A DNA stretch of 64,000 nt from Octopus vulgaris (GCA_951406725.2 OX597819.1:102300001-102364000), one strand, 5' to 3'; positions 1 to 14,287 are shown, counted from the stretch's first letter. The notes: generated by a model from the letters alone, not told the origin. Made by a program: numbers and translations.

Positions 1-121
1 GAGAGAGGGGGTGAATTGTAAAGTTCAATACACCTTTACATACAAACGTAATCAAACACACACACACAGGTCCGTACTTTCGAAAGTGTGTGTCTGTGTA
101 TATATGTGTGTGAGTGAGTGT

Positions 122-161
<40 letters not shown>

Positions 162-472
162 CTATCATGTTTTACATAAATACACACGTATATATATATA
201 TGTATATATTTACATATATATTCATATGTATACATTAATATATATATATTTATATACATATATGTGTGTGTATGCGCGTGTATGTGTTTATATATTTATA
301 TATATATACATACATACATCTATCTACCAATCTATCTTTCCATCGATTTAACTCCCAATTTGCATGCATATATATACTTATATATTCACACCATATTATT
401 ACATCAATAAAATATAATTCATATAGGCGATAACATATATAGATATATATGTTTAATATGCGTATACATATG

Positions 473-534
<62 letters not shown>

Positions 535-648
535 ATGGATGGATATATATATATATATATATATGTGTATATATATAGATAGATTGAAAGATAGATAGAT
601 ACATGCATTAATACATACATATATACATGCATGCATCCACATGTATGC

Positions 649-713
<65 letters not shown>

Positions 714-1320
714 TATGTGTACACTCGCAAGTATACATATTCATGTGTGTACATGTGAACGTGTGTTTTTGTGTGCTTATGTGTTTTTGTATGTACATGT
801 GTGTATGTGTGCGTGTGGGTGTGTGTAGGAGAAATTTATCAAACGTGCAGATAAAGAGATTAGTGTTTATTCCAACAAATACATATTTAGACATAAGAAT
901 TATTGTATATATCAGTGAAAATATATTTAAATAACAGAAGCCAAATCGTTAATGCATCTAGTGACGTTTATCTGTGTGCTGTGTCTACAGCTGGACATTA
1001 CTGTACTTAAACTGCGTTTGATTTCAGTGATTCTGTCTATATACACCCCACACACACACACACACATATGTATATCTATAAATACGGCAAGAGATAATTT
1101 TGTCTCTTTTTATGGAGACAAAGGGGTTTATAAGACTGCAGAAAAGAAGTGCTCAAATGTAATTGAGACAGAGTTAAAAAAAACATTGATCAGAGAACAA
1201 ACATCAAATTCGAGTCAACAACTTTATACATAACACCACGCCTCCAAACCTTTTTGTTTTGAGGCGTGGTGTTATGTATAAAGTCTTTGCCTCGAATTTG
1301 ATGTTTAAATATATACATAC

Positions 1321-1392
<72 letters not shown>

Positions 1393-1745
1393 ATGGATGT
1401 ATATATATACATATTGAGATATGTGCATGTGTTGATTCGTATCAAATACAAATGCTAAATCTATCTCAATAGATTGGAAGGTCATGGTGGGAAATTCTGT
1501 CTAAAAGTAACCGTTATATTTTGTGGCTTTTATAATAGTTTCTGAAGTTTACAAGGCGAGAAATATTATAAATGCGATTGCTTGTTTATTGAGCTTTCAG
1601 ATATGACACTGTGTTACCTATCAACCTATTTACCTATATACCTACCTACCTAACTACCTACCGACCGACCAGCATCCCTACATACATACATTCATACACA
1701 CACATATACACAAACACACACACATACACACACATACACACACAT

Positions 1746-1779
<34 letters not shown>

Positions 1780-2505
1780 GTCGGTGTGTATGTATATATA
1801 TATAGATATGTCTGTGTGTGAGTGGGTAAATGTATATATATGTATATATATATATATGTGTGTGTGCGTGTGTGTGTGTCCGTAAATGTATGTGTGTGTA
1901 AGTGTGTGTGCATGTGTGTGTATGTTTAGATGGATAGATTGATTGATAGATAGCTTAGTGTTCCGTTCCGGATCAACGAAAAACATACTCCAGCTTGTAA
2001 GAGATAAATATCATTTAATATACACAGTATGTAAGTATTAGCTACTAATTGTTTCAGGCCTTGGAAACCCTACAATTCGGCAGATTTATATAACTTGCCT
2101 TCGGTCTTCAAGCAATCCCTGAAGTGCAAAACACTGGTTTAGCTCTATTTCATAAACAGTATATTAGTCAATGAGGAAACATGTAAAAAAGAAACGAGAA
2201 AAATGTCGATGCAAAAACTGGAACGAGAAAACGAAAGAAAAGGAGAAGGGAGAAAAAGAGGATAAAGGAAACCTAGAGTTGCAGCCATATTTCTATATAC
2301 AGTGATATTATATCAGTGACTAGGTCACAATTTGTCGACGGAAATTTTGACACCAAATACATGCATAAAAGAAGTTAACAAACATGCTTTGTCTGTGTTT
2401 GAGAGTTTATGTGTCTTGTATTCTGAAATCATATACGTACGGAAGTTTATATACGTATGCGTCTACGCCTGAATCTATGATTACATACACACACAGACAT
2501 ACACT

Positions 2506-2584
<79 letters not shown>

Positions 2585-2589
2585 ACACA

Positions 2590-3026
2590 CTACCTGAGAA
2601 GCCCGTCGTTGCTGCGCAATGTTTACAATAGAATATGTCTTGCATAAATCTTTTGTTTATTCGATGTTAGACCATGTATTTCTCTACATAGAGGCCATTT
2701 GATGAGGACAGATTTGTGCAGTTTTTTTGAAAAAATCATCGTTGAGGATTTTTTACCTTCTTAAATTTTTTACCTTCTTAAATTATTTACATGTCTGTTC
2801 GACCGTTTCACATGACTTTATTAAGTAAAACATATTAAAACTACAAAAGAGCTTACAAATTTGGTCGTTGTAATGCTTTACTTTGGAATGTTTGATAAAA
2901 ATTCCTCCTCGTAATGATTTTGCTTTCATTTTGTGATAGCTATAATGCAAAAGATGCTAGCTTCTTAATCCTGTTTTCTGATTAGGTAAAATTGATTAAA
3001 CTTTAAACCTCAATAAACTTTAAACA

Positions 3027-3071
<45 letters not shown>

Positions 3072-3478
3072 ATGCATGTATCTATGTATTTGCAAAAGTA
3101 TGTATGAAGCGTCGTGTGTATATCCCGCAAAGACAGCTGTATTAACGTTATCATCCCACAGCCACTCCATATTTGTCACACAACTCTCTTCTCCCCTTCC
3201 CTGATATCAACCACATTCACTATGCCACCACATTCACTATGCCACCACATTTCCCTCGCACTAACACGCTTGCACACTTTTCATTATATCAAATAATAGT
3301 CCAACCCCACTAGGAAGCCCGTTATAGATTTTTATTGAAATCCAGTTAACCTGTTATTGAACTGGATGTTAGTTTAACATGTATGCTAAGTTTCGTCAAG
3401 CTTGATTCACTAGTGTAGGTAGCAAAATTGTGACAGAGAGAAATTGCCATTTAGGTAGAAGCTATGATAGATAGATAC
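2590..3478 (-). mobile_element. Degenerate non-autonomous Helitron-like element
   Basis: Left end actacctgagaagcccgtcgttgc resembles the reverse complement of a Helitron 3' end (compare actagcagtatcgcccggcgttgc at 30901), but CTAG is altered. Right end ...tatgatagat fits a minus-strand TC start. Confidence 0.4.
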
Positions 3479-3519
3479 ATACATACATACATACATACAT
3501 ACATACATACATACATACA

Positions 3520-3553
<34 letters not shown>

Positions 3554-3589
3554 CATACATATATACATAGATATTCTTTTCTTTTGTTG

Positions 3590-4169
<580 letters not shown>

Positions 4170-4170
4170 A

Positions 4171-4378
4171 TGTGACCGCGTGTGTATCATTGGCGATTTT
4201 CCTTCTCCGTCTTCCCTTCTCTGGACTTTTTCTTTTTTTTCTATATTTCAGATAAAGAGCTCAACTCGAAACGTGAATTCCTCCTTCTTTCTTTCCTTTC
4301 CTGAGCGTCCAATAACATTACACTTATCCCACGTTCTCGCGTTATTGCGTTTTCTCTTTGTTCATGTTTTGATTAACT
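4171..4378 (+). mobile_element. ~205-bp pLTR-like unit (type 2) with decayed hammerhead-like motif
   Basis: Same ends (tgaccgcgtgtgta...gattaact) as 15226-15423 and 58951-59154; motif cagataaagagctcaactcgaaacgt at about 4249-4274. Confidence 0.7.
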
Positions 4379-4429
4379 ATATATATATCAAAAACATAGA
4401 AAAAACCTTTTCTTCGAACAACGAAAAAA

Positions 4430-4760
4430 CAAACAGAGAAATCTCACATGCAGCATAAAGAACATTCCCTACATCAGTTGTCCTCTGTTTTATTTACACC
4501 GCGTTTCGAAGATAAGGACAAGACGCGACTTCATTAAAACAGTCCTTTCCGCAAAGCAAATCAAATGTAATTTGGGATTTTTTGCGGCAGGTGAAAGTGG
4601 TAACAAAAAACAGGACAGTGAGAAAAAAACAGTAAAAACAAACGGTGAGGGCTGTTAAGCCAAAAGGAAGTGAAGTGCTGAATAATGGAAAAACGAGGTT
4701 TGAAAAAAGACAGATAAAAGCACGTCTTGTCTTTAGGAAGGAATTGGAAACTCAGACACA
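4430..4760. repeat. Unclassified interspersed repeat
   Basis: aacattccctacatcagttgtcc is similar to aaaattccccttcttcagtcgcc at 63534-63556. Confidence 0.4.
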
Positions 4761-4837
4761 CAAATACATACATACATATACATATATATAGTTTCACCAG
4801 CGATAATATTTAATTTTATTTTATCGCAATTTGACTT

Positions 4838-4883
<46 letters not shown>

Positions 4884-4894
4884 TTATATTTACT

Positions 4895-5395
4895 GAAAAA
4901 CAAAAGACAGGTGTATAAACAACAAAGAAGTATATTAGTTTAACGATCGGGAAGGTGAGAAAGTATGTTACATTTCGAGCCTACGCTCTTCAACAGACAG
5001 CCACACGGTGAAATAAATAGAGAGAGAATCAAAGACCTTTCAAGTTAGCGGTCTATAATGGCGGCTGGTTCGACAAAGGTAGTTAGATAGGAGAGCTAGG
5101 AAGAAGGGGAGATAATAAAATATTGGTGATCCCAAAACGAAGGTGCGCGTGCGTATGTATGTAAAAATGTGTAAGTGTGTGCTTGTGGATAGGGGCTGGT
5201 GTCTTTGACGTTTGGATGTGTGCATGTGTGTGTGCATCTCTAATGTGTTGGTGTTTGTATGATGGAGTGAGTGCTGGGAAGTGGTCAGTACTAGCGTGCA
5301 CGTGGTGGTGTGATGTGGTTTGGTGGTGTGTGGTGTGGTGTGGTGAAACGGTGTTGGTGTGTAGGGATGCAACGGTGGTGTATAGGGCTGTATAT
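4895..5395 (-). mobile_element. Penelope-like element 3' region/pLTR (type 1) with hammerhead-like motif
   Basis: Reverse complement aligns to about 13060-13560 (gcgcaccttcgttttgg.atcacc; ctgttgaagagcgtaggctcgaaa), the region downstream of a GIY-YIG ORF. Confidence 0.8.
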
Positions 5396-5469
5396 ATATG
5401 CGTGCATTCATGCATATGTGTTTGTGTATTTTTAGTTTGTGTCTGTGAGAGACTACATAAAAAGTATCT

Positions 5470-5763
5470 CGCACTCCGCCGGTTAGGACCACAAGGGTTC
5501 TAGTTGATCGGATCAACAGAATAGCTTGCTCGTGAAATGAAACTGAAAGTGGCTGAGCATTCCACAGACACGTGTACCCTTAACGTACTTCTCAAGACTG
5601 GTTTTTGAAATACAGGAACTACTCATTTTTGTCAGCTGAGTGAAATGGAGCAACGTGCAATAAAGTATCTTGCTCAAGGAAACAGTGCACAGTCAGAAAT
5701 CGAACTCACAACCATACGATCGTGAGCCAAATACCCTAAAGCAGTAAGCCCAGCGCCTTCACG
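5470..5763 (-). mobile_element. tRNA-derived SINE family C
   Basis: Minus strand gtgaaggcgctgggctta...gtgagttcgatttc...ttgagcaagatactttattgcacgttgctcca; head homologous to 21985-22310 and 29870-30133. Confidence 0.8.
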
Positions 5764-6307
5764 AGTATGTATTCAATTATGTGTAAAAATGGACAGTGAA
5801 TTAATGATCACTGGAAAAATATAACCAGAGAATTTTAAAACTCACTACTTCGTTAACTCAAGTTTATACATTTTTATTGCTACAGAGATAATTGTTGATA
5901 TACTTAAATTTTCTAATATTTGGAAGTGTCAACAAACATAAAAATAAAATATCAATAGTTTCAAAATTCTTTTTCATTTCCTTTTTTTATAGTTTCTACA
6001 GTTCTTTTGACTTAAAATTAAACAACATAAGCCCTACAAGTTTTCATTTTGCATAATTAATAAATAAGTAATTTAATTGAGTTTGATGAATAAATCATTT
6101 CAGTTCATGCAGCTTATTTAGATGTATGTCTATGAATGTATGAATGTCTGCATGCGCGTAAAAATATAATCTATCTATATACACACGTATATCTATTTAT
6201 CTATATGTGTGTGTATATATTTATGTGTGTGTTGGCGTGTGTATGTGCAAGTATATTTTATATATGTGTATGTATTTTATATGTAATATGTACTCACATA
6301 CACCCAC

Positions 6308-6347
<40 letters not shown>

Positions 6348-6519
6348 CAAGCAACGAAAAGAATTAGGGCTTAGAGGGAAGTGAGGTGAGTGTTATGTTG
6401 ATCTTTTGGAGGGGAAATTGATGATGGTTAGTGTCGTTAATCCGCCTGGAATAACTAAAATTTGTAGAACCATATGTAATCCGAAAAGAATGCTGTTCAC
6501 TAGTTTGATAGTAGAAACT

Positions 6520-6900
6520 TGTCCTGGTGTTTGCATTTGGTGAAACATCTCTGATCGAAAGTTTAGTAGGTTGGGTAAGTTCCTTTTGGATTTAGAAGTC
6601 TTCTTTCACCTATACAAATCTGCGCCTCCTTGCCCCATTAATCTCCGGTCTAAAGTGATCAATGATGCTCCACTTGTGTGTGGTAATTTTGATCTTCATA
6701 TCCTATATGTGGCTTCCAAACATAGCATTTTACTTCTTGTTTGCATGCCGTAAAGACTGGTTATCGGTATACCATTTTTTCTCTATAAAAGTCACTTTTA
6801 CATAGAACAATATATATTTTGTGTTCAGTTTCATTATTGCGCAGAACTTCGTTGACTTCTGCTTTGTATGCAACTGGGGTAACTGTGTATACCTGGTCGA
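6520..6900 (-). pseudogene. Decayed Penelope-like GIY-YIG endonuclease C-terminal fragment
   Basis: Minus-strand pieces KIYIVLCKVTFIEK, SHI*DMK, KWSIID, CIGE, NLLNFRSEMF and KCKH match the PLE GIY-YIG/C-terminal pattern, with stops and frameshifts. Confidence 0.7.
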
Positions 6901-6974
6901 GTGAGAAAGTTTGTCAGTTCCTGAAGTTACAACTTAGTGTGGGCATCTGGCGTGACTTACGAGTAAAAATATTT

Positions 6975-7212
6975 CTCGGCTGTTCTACAGATTTCTCCTG
7001 TTCTACAGATTTCCGGTGGAATGCTATCCAATGCAGCAGCCTTTCAGTTTTTGATGTTTTTAAGACCTTCTTTGAATTCATCAATGGCAAAATCCCAGAT
7101 ATGTTATGAAATGTGTGGTCAATAATTGATGTTATATCTGTATCAGAAACTGAATTTGTGTTCCCAAGCAAATTTTGAAAATGATCACTCCATTTTCTAA
7201 TCGTCTCTGTGC
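6975..7212 (-). pseudogene. Non-LTR retrotransposon (RTE-like) ORF fragment upstream of the RT core
   Basis: Minus strand WSDHFQNLLGN...IDEFKEGLKNIKN*KAAALDSIPPEI, typical of the W..HF..LL / KA.G.D.IP.E segment preceding LINE RT. Confidence 0.7.
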
Positions 7213-7650
7213 ATATATAGCTTTAATTTAATTCAATTTAGTATTAATTGAAATTAATTTCATTTATGATGTGGTGATGATAGCTCCCTTCCATCGAGTC
7301 ACCGGTTAGCGGAAAGGAGAATAGCCTGTAGATATACAGTTTAACTGCAAATACTCAGTAAGCAGTATTGGACAAAATCACGTGTCACCCTTTGGCAAGG
7401 CATGGCATACATCAGCAACTCTGAGATATCTTGAAGCTGTGAAAAGTGCAGGATATGCCACTGTCTTTGGAAAGCAGGATGGTGGTAAGGAATGAAAGGC
7501 AAAGTATAAAAAATACTTTGGTTCTGGTTTTCTTCTCACGTCACAAAACAAATTAGATTTTTATAACTCTTGTTCTGGGAAATCCGTCATTTTGTCTAGC
7601 ATTGCAATTGTCTGTAGGACTTGCGACTAGCAATTATTATTTACTACGAT

Positions 7651-7970
7651 CGTTTCGATATTTGTGCATCGGTGCCTTATGAGTGAGATGCTCTACAAAC
7701 AGTTGTGGTGCATCGTATATATATATATGTGTCGTGCCAGATCAGGTGACTGGTCAAAAAGTACCTTGTTTTTTAATCTTCGTTTCGGTTATTTCTATTG
7801 GAGTACATTTTAATTGTTGTTGTTCGCTACTCGTATACACGAGAAAAAGGAGATTAAAAAACGAGGTACTTTTTCACAAGTCACTTAAAGAAACACACAA
7901 CTTATAATGCACCACAACTTTTGGTAGAGCATCTTACTCGTGAGATACCGGTGCACGATGGGTCGAAACG
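7651..7970. repeat. Imperfect nested inverted repeat (foldback)
   Basis: 7651-7713 is the reverse complement of 7907-7970, and 7746-7781 of 7849-7884. Confidence 0.85.
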
Positions 7971-8241
7971 TTTAAAGTTAATAAAGAGCTCTATGCATTC
8001 CTCTTTTTTCCTCTCATATTTTATAAACTCTACGGAGACGAAGGAATTCCTGAAGTAAATCCAGTAGCATTTAAATCTGTCATACTGTTGATGGCATCAG
8101 TTAGCCGAATACAGCGAACGGGCTTTAAACGGTATACTACAAAATTACACACAAATACATACACACACACATACACACATATATACATATAAGTATGCAT
8201 ACATGTCTATCTATCTAGCTATCTATCTATACACACACACA

Positions 8242-8315
<74 letters not shown>

Positions 8316-8589
8316 TATACACTGTGAGCAAGAGCGAGTGGTGGCTATCTCTAGCCGGCGGTTGTCCAGTACCGACGAAGGGAAATTACCTAGAAACGAT
8401 TTGTCTAGAGTTATTGCTACGGCTAGAAAGGGAGCAGCACATTCCCTTGCCCACAATATACGGACACAGATCATGTGTCGGTAGCCAGCTGGAAAAGATG
8501 TTTTCCTGGGGCTAAAAGTAGTAACATCGTCCCGCATTGCGTTGGAAAATACTCTTTACTAAACACACACATACATACACACACACACA

Positions 8590-8715
8590 CACACATGATT
8601 TTTGCGTGCTCACTGGAGCAACATGGAATAAAATACCTTGCTAAAAGATTCAGCGCACCATCAAAAGTCGAAATCACGATCTTACGAATTTGAGCCGAAT
8701 GCCTTAACCCCTCAC
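8590..8715 (-). mobile_element. SINE family C head fragment
   Basis: ctggagcaacatggaataaaataccttgctaaaag matches family C ctggagcaacgtgaaataaagtgccttgctc. Confidence 0.6.
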
Positions 8716-10139
8716 ACACACGCACACACATGCACACACACTCACATACACACACATACACACACACACACATGCACACACATTCATATATACACACACA
8801 TACATACATTCATATAGTGATATGATATACATGCTCACTCGTTTATCTTCACGCAGCGAGTGAGTATGTTTAGATCTGTTTGTTTGTGTGTGCGTGTGTA
8901 TATATGAGTGCATGTGTATTTTGAAGTGTATGTGTATTTTGAAGTGTATGTGTACTCAAGTAAAAGGCACACACGATAAAAGGCACACACGTCCGGACAT
9001 CTAAATGCCCATAGCACACGCGCAATCATGTTTAAATGCGTTCGCAGTCTAATAAATCCGCACAACGAACACGTAACTGAAGAGCGTATATACGTACACA
9101 CAGATCGAAATATGCACACATCCCGCTCATCGAAATACAAACGGCTCACACACACACACACACACACAGCACATACACACACTTGTATACAGAGCAAATA
9201 GCCCACCCTCATATCTCGTGATATGCGTGACACGCAATTACGCACAAGAAACTGCACACAAACACACATTCTCACGAACTCATACAAATACACGCATGCA
9301 CGCATCCACACACACACACGCACACACAAATGTACAAACAAAAACACACTGTACACACACATATATATAACCGTATACTCACATTCATATACGCATACAT
9401 ACGAAGTACATATACACACGGATATACGCGCAATGGAAAACAAACAGGATCCAGCAGTTAAACAGTCAGGCTGCGCTTCTAACCTTTCACCTTCCACCCT
9501 GCCTTTGTCGCTCTATTTCTTTCTCCCTGTCTTTCATTGCCCTCTCTCTTAGTGTCTCCTTCTTCCATCCTTCTCTTTCTCTCGCAAACATCTTCTTATA
9601 ACACTTAATTACTCTTCCCTCTCTTTTTCTTTTACTCACTTTCTCACCTACTCTATCACATCCTCTCCGTATATCTTATTCCCTCTTTGTCACAGTATCT
9701 TTCTGTCTCCCCCTTCTCTCTCTCTCTCTGTACGACTCAAAATCTGTCTTTTTATACAGACTCTCTCTGTGAAGGCCAAGACAGAGAGATATGACTTCAT
9801 AAACGTAAATCAATTAAGATTATCCTAACAATTAGTGAACATAACCTCCCTCTTTAAGTGCATATGATATACACACAAGCAAAGAAGATAACACTAATGA
9901 CGTCTGTTGGTGTAAATTTTTGGATAATTTTATTGTAAAGATACATAAACAATGGAAATTTGAATAGATCTGGTCTTGAAAACTAACGACTAGAAGCGAC
10001 GGACACGTTTCTGTCTTATTAGCTCTCCTCAAAGAAGCAAAACCCAAAAGCAACCGAATAATTAGAGGGATATATGGACGCTGATTATGAATATCAGCGC
10101 TGTTGACGTTAGAGTAACTCAGGAGAACTCTCTATATAT

Positions 10140-10275
10140 CGGTTTCAATTTTTTGCACAAGGCCAGCAATTTGAGGGTAGCGGGTTTATACTTATTTTAG
10201 CGACTCCGAAAGGATGAAAGGCAAAGTTGACCTTGGCAGAATTTGAATTCAGAACGTAAAGACGTGCTAACGAAA
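10140..10275 (-). mobile_element. SINE family B fragment
   Basis: gaaaggatgaaaggcaaagttgaccttggcagaatttgaattcagaacgt is the reverse complement of the family B core. Confidence 0.75.
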
Positions 10276-10310
10276 GTACCAACACACACACACACACACA
10301 CACACACACC

Positions 10311-10555
10311 ATGACTGATATCCAAACTACAGTGGAGAAGGCTAGCCACTGGATTTGGTTAAAAAGAGACGATGAGAAATATTGAGCTTTATTTAATAAC
10401 CAGTTGATCTAGCAAGCGGGGCCTCATGTCAGTGAGGTGCGCATTGATGCCGTCAAAAGGCAGGCTCCGAAACGGCGCGCACTTTCTCCTAATGACCCCA
10501 TACACTATCTGGCTTCCGGTATGCAGAGTTCTCGACTGGTGGCGCTTGCATGTGC
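10311..10555 (+). mobile_element. 5'-truncated HERO-like (restriction-like endonuclease) non-LTR retrotransposon 3' end
   Basis: 10311-10385 encodes MTDIQTTVEKASHWIWLKRDDEKY*, resembling the EKAS.W.WLKR C-terminus of HERO-clade ORFs as recalled. A GC-rich structured 3' region follows. Confidence 0.6.
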
Positions 10556-10574
10556 AATTTGTTTGCAAGACATC

Positions 10575-10748
10575 ATTGTTTTAAATTAATCATGCATTAT
10601 CTCACAGCTGCAAGATTTTAATGGTGTGATTGCTTAATTTTAGAATGGTATTATAGGTTGGAATGAAATACCAGGCCTGCTTGGTTTGATTATAAAACAG
10701 GTAGAAAATATGGACCAGACATGACCGGTTTCAACACTAAAGGGTTAA
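10575..10748. mobile_element. TTAA-type (piggyBac-like) MITE end
   Basis: Ends in ...aaagggttaa; a similar end aacgaaagggttt occurs at about 31612-31624. Confidence 0.45.
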
Positions 10749-10771
10749 GCTTTTTTATATTTTAAATATAT

Positions 10772-11002
10772 AAGGCGACGAACTGGCAGAAACGTTAGCA
10801 CGCCGGGCGAAAAGCGTAGCCGTATTTCGTTTGTCGTTACGTTCCGAGTTCAAATTCCCCCGAGGTCGACTTTGCCTTTCTTCCTTTCGGGGTCGATAAA
10901 TTAAGTACCTGTTACGCACTGGAGTCGATTTAATCGACTTAATCCTTCTGTCTGTCATTGCTTGTCTCCTCTGTGTTTAGCCCCTTGTGGGCAATAAAGA
11001 AA
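10772..11002 (+). mobile_element. tRNA-derived SINE family B, monomer
   Basis: aaggcgacgaactggcagaaacgttagc...gagttcaaattcc (B box)...gcctttcttcctttcggggtcgataaattaagtacc...gccccttgtgggcaataaagaaat. Confidence 0.88.
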
Positions 11003-11576
11003 TATATATTTTAAATATATACTTAATTATGTAGTCATGCATTGTCATAACTATTTGGATGACAGAAGCTATAAAAAATCCTATTGTGTTGTATGTATGT
11101 ATGTCTCTTCTATCTTTTTAAATCTTCCACTGAGGAGGGAACCGGTTTCCCACCAAGATGCATGGTTCCAACTTTGGGATGTATTTAACACAGACAAATT
11201 CACATTTGGAACTGGAGAAGTCGCATATTTTTACTGTTCCACTCAAAGATTGCACTTGTAATGTACGAATTAACCGGTCGATTTCTCTTTCTGAAAATCC
11301 CAGTTTATCCAGATTCTCCTTTAAACATTTACTAACAAAACCTTATTCTCCAATGATGTATGTATGGATGGATGGATGGATGCCTTTATGAGTATATGCA
11401 TATCTGTGTATGTGTATAAAGTTATACGCATAAATTTTTGAAGCTCAATGGGGAGCGAAATCTCAGTTTCATCTTCCATAACAAACTCATCAGGGATCGC
11501 TGATCTCTGCATTCAAAATTGCCGGCAGAAAATATTGTAGAGCTACTAATATAAGTAACATTATAATGCCATGCCT

Positions 11577-11622
<46 letters not shown>

Positions 11623-12185
11623 TATATGTACATATATATATATATATCTATATATATAGTATGTATAGACGTGTATATATATGTATATATATCATACATT
11701 TATATAAATATATAAATATCTATAGTATGTATGTACATAGAAAGATAGATTTGTGTATGTGAGTGTGTGTGTGTAATTGACGGTCGGAGATTAATTAGTA
11801 GAGATGTGGCTTTATGAATAAATATGAATAGGGAATCATATTCCATATGTTTAATAACCATATGTTTAATAAGCATATTTTTTTTAGCTTGGTGGGAGGG
11901 AGCTCGTTATTTTCACAACATTATTAATACTGTCACGCCACATAACGCAAGGTTTTTAGGTTCGTTAGTTGATTCCTTTAGAGGTATTTTGTTGAATGGA
12001 GTGAGTATAATTATGTAAGAAGTAAAATGTAATATAAGCAGAGAGAGAGAGAGAGAGAGAGTAGATAAATACTCTGTATATTGTATCCCATGTTACAAAA
12101 CAAATTAAAAAGAAGGTATTGGAAATGAGAATTATCAAGCGTCTTAGCCGAATATATACGATGCTTGCACCTCCCCGCACATGCA

Positions 12186-12264
<79 letters not shown>

Positions 12265-12450
12265 TTTTATTATTTTGTTTTAGTCATTTGGCTGCGGCCA
12301 TAATGGAGCATCACCTTTAGCCGAAGAAATCGACCCAGAACTTATTCTTTGTATGCGTAGAAATTATTCTACGTTACGGGGATGTAAATACACAAACATC
12401 GGTTGAAAAGCGATGATGGGGAGGGGGAAACTCAGGCACACAAACATATA
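12265..12450 (-). mobile_element. SINE family A tail half
   Basis: tagtcatttggctgcggccataatggagcatcacctttag...cttattctttgta. Confidence 0.75.
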
Positions 12451-12457
12451 TATATAT

Positions 12458-13560
12458 CTTCGCACATCTTCTCCAACCTACCCCTTTTCTCCTTCAAACG
12501 AACCCACAATCTACATGACATCTTGGTCCACAGTTTCTTCCCTAACCCCACCTCCTATCCCGGCTTGTTCACATGCTCTTAGCCATGCTGTCATAGTCAC
12601 CCCTACATCTCCAACACCACCATCCTCACAGGCATCCATTATCGTCCCTAACATACCACTGACAAGTTTACCTACACTTCTAGCAACGTCATTTACTGAA
12701 TCTCCTGCCTGCTCTTTCTGCCCTTCTCTGTACATCGGTCAAACGGGACGCCGCTTCGCTGACAGGTTCGCGGAGCATCTTCAAGACATTAGACACGGCA
12801 ATGACACCTCGTTCTCGCGAAATTTCCGCTCTACCGCTCATTAGTTACAACACCTGTCTGTGTTCGGATTGTCTTTGTACAGGGGCCATCCGGACTCCCG
12901 CCTTCACCGTGAACAAGAATTAGTCTTCTCTCTTCGTTCCTTTGCACCACATGGATTCAAATCCCCTTTCCTCTTCATCTGACTTTCCTTCTATCCTCTC
13001 TTCAGTCCTTCCTACTTACCATCATTGATACTCCCAACATCTACACCCTACCCCAGATCCTCACCCCAAAGCCACAGCCCACCCTCACATCCCTACACCC
13101 CAAAACCGCCACGCTACGCACCACCACACCACATCGAACCACCCCACACCACTCCGCACACACTAGCACTGACCACTCCCAGCACCCATACCATCATCCA
13201 CACACCGACACACACAGACGCACACACGCACACATCCACACATCAAAGTCACTAGCCTCTATCCGCACACACAAACTTACACACTCTCACATACACACAC
13301 GCACGCGCACCTTCGTTTTGGTATCACCGGCAATTTATTCTTTCCCCTTCTTCCTAACCCTCCTGTCTAACCAGTCGCTATGATTGACCGCTAAATCTAC
13401 AAGTTTTTTTTTATTCTCTCTCTGTTTATTTCATTGTGTTCCTTTCTGTTGAGCAGCGTAGGCTCGAAACGTAAAAGACTATCTCACCTTCCGGAGCGTC
13501 AAAATAAATACACTTGCTTGTTCTTTATACACATGTCTACGTCTTTTGTTTTTCACTCTC
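12458..13560 (+). mobile_element. 5'-truncated Penelope-like retroelement: decayed GIY-YIG, 3' region and hammerhead-like motif
   Basis: FTYTSSNVIY*ISC...CPSLYIGQTGRRFADRFAEHLQDIR...RLHREQELVFSL..FAPHGF (YIG at 12731, stop at 12980-12982); hammerhead-like motif at 13441-13478. Confidence 0.88.
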
Positions 13561-13887
13561 TCTCTTTCCTATCTCACATGTCTTTGCCTTTCTTAATTTG
13601 CACTTCACTATGTCACTGTCTTTCTCTTTTTTCTCGCCAATCTTGGATTCTTCGGTGTACACGCTCTCCCTATTTCTTGTCCCCCTCCTTAATTCCTTTG
13701 TTCGTCTTTTTCTCTCTCTTCTCCACTTCCTTAATTCCTTTGCTCCTCTTTTTCTATCTCTTCTCTTCTCACGTGACCGCCGACCGACTACTAGCCCTTT
13801 TTTGCGTTGGACCACGGTCACATCGTTCTTTTCCTCTGCTGTAAGGCTTAATTCTCAACACGCCAGCTGAATTCAATTCGCCTCCAG

Positions 13888-13890
13888 ATA

Positions 13891-13977
<87 letters not shown>

Positions 13978-13992
13978 GTTGTTGTTGTTGTT
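13888..13992. repeat. (ATT)n-(GTT)n microsatellite
   Basis: Directly visible. Confidence 0.95.
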
Positions 13993-14089
13993 TTTGTATT
14001 TATATTGGTATAATTTTTTGTTTTCTTTGTATTTTTTGTATTTATATTCGTGTAACATCGTCCGTTTCTCCGTCCTTGTTTCGTATACA

Positions 14090-14287
14090 TTCGATCCTTT
14101 TCTCAAGGAATCTAAAGCTCATTGCTTAGTTTTTCCTAGGGGCTGGCCAGATTGGAGCAATCTCAAGATTAATCAGCCGAAATTGCGAGGATGATCCAGT
14201 TCTTGACTGAAGACTAAAGGCTTCGAATGACCCAACCGTGTTTTTTGTATCGTCTATTTGAATGTTTTGCGTTCTTGTCCCATTTTG

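Noticed and set aside
14200-14235. ctgaaga...cttcgaat as a hammerhead (also 55050-55078, 36315-36341, 55563-55595)
   Set aside because: GAAA, stem III or stem I cannot be formed convincingly; at most decayed relatives.
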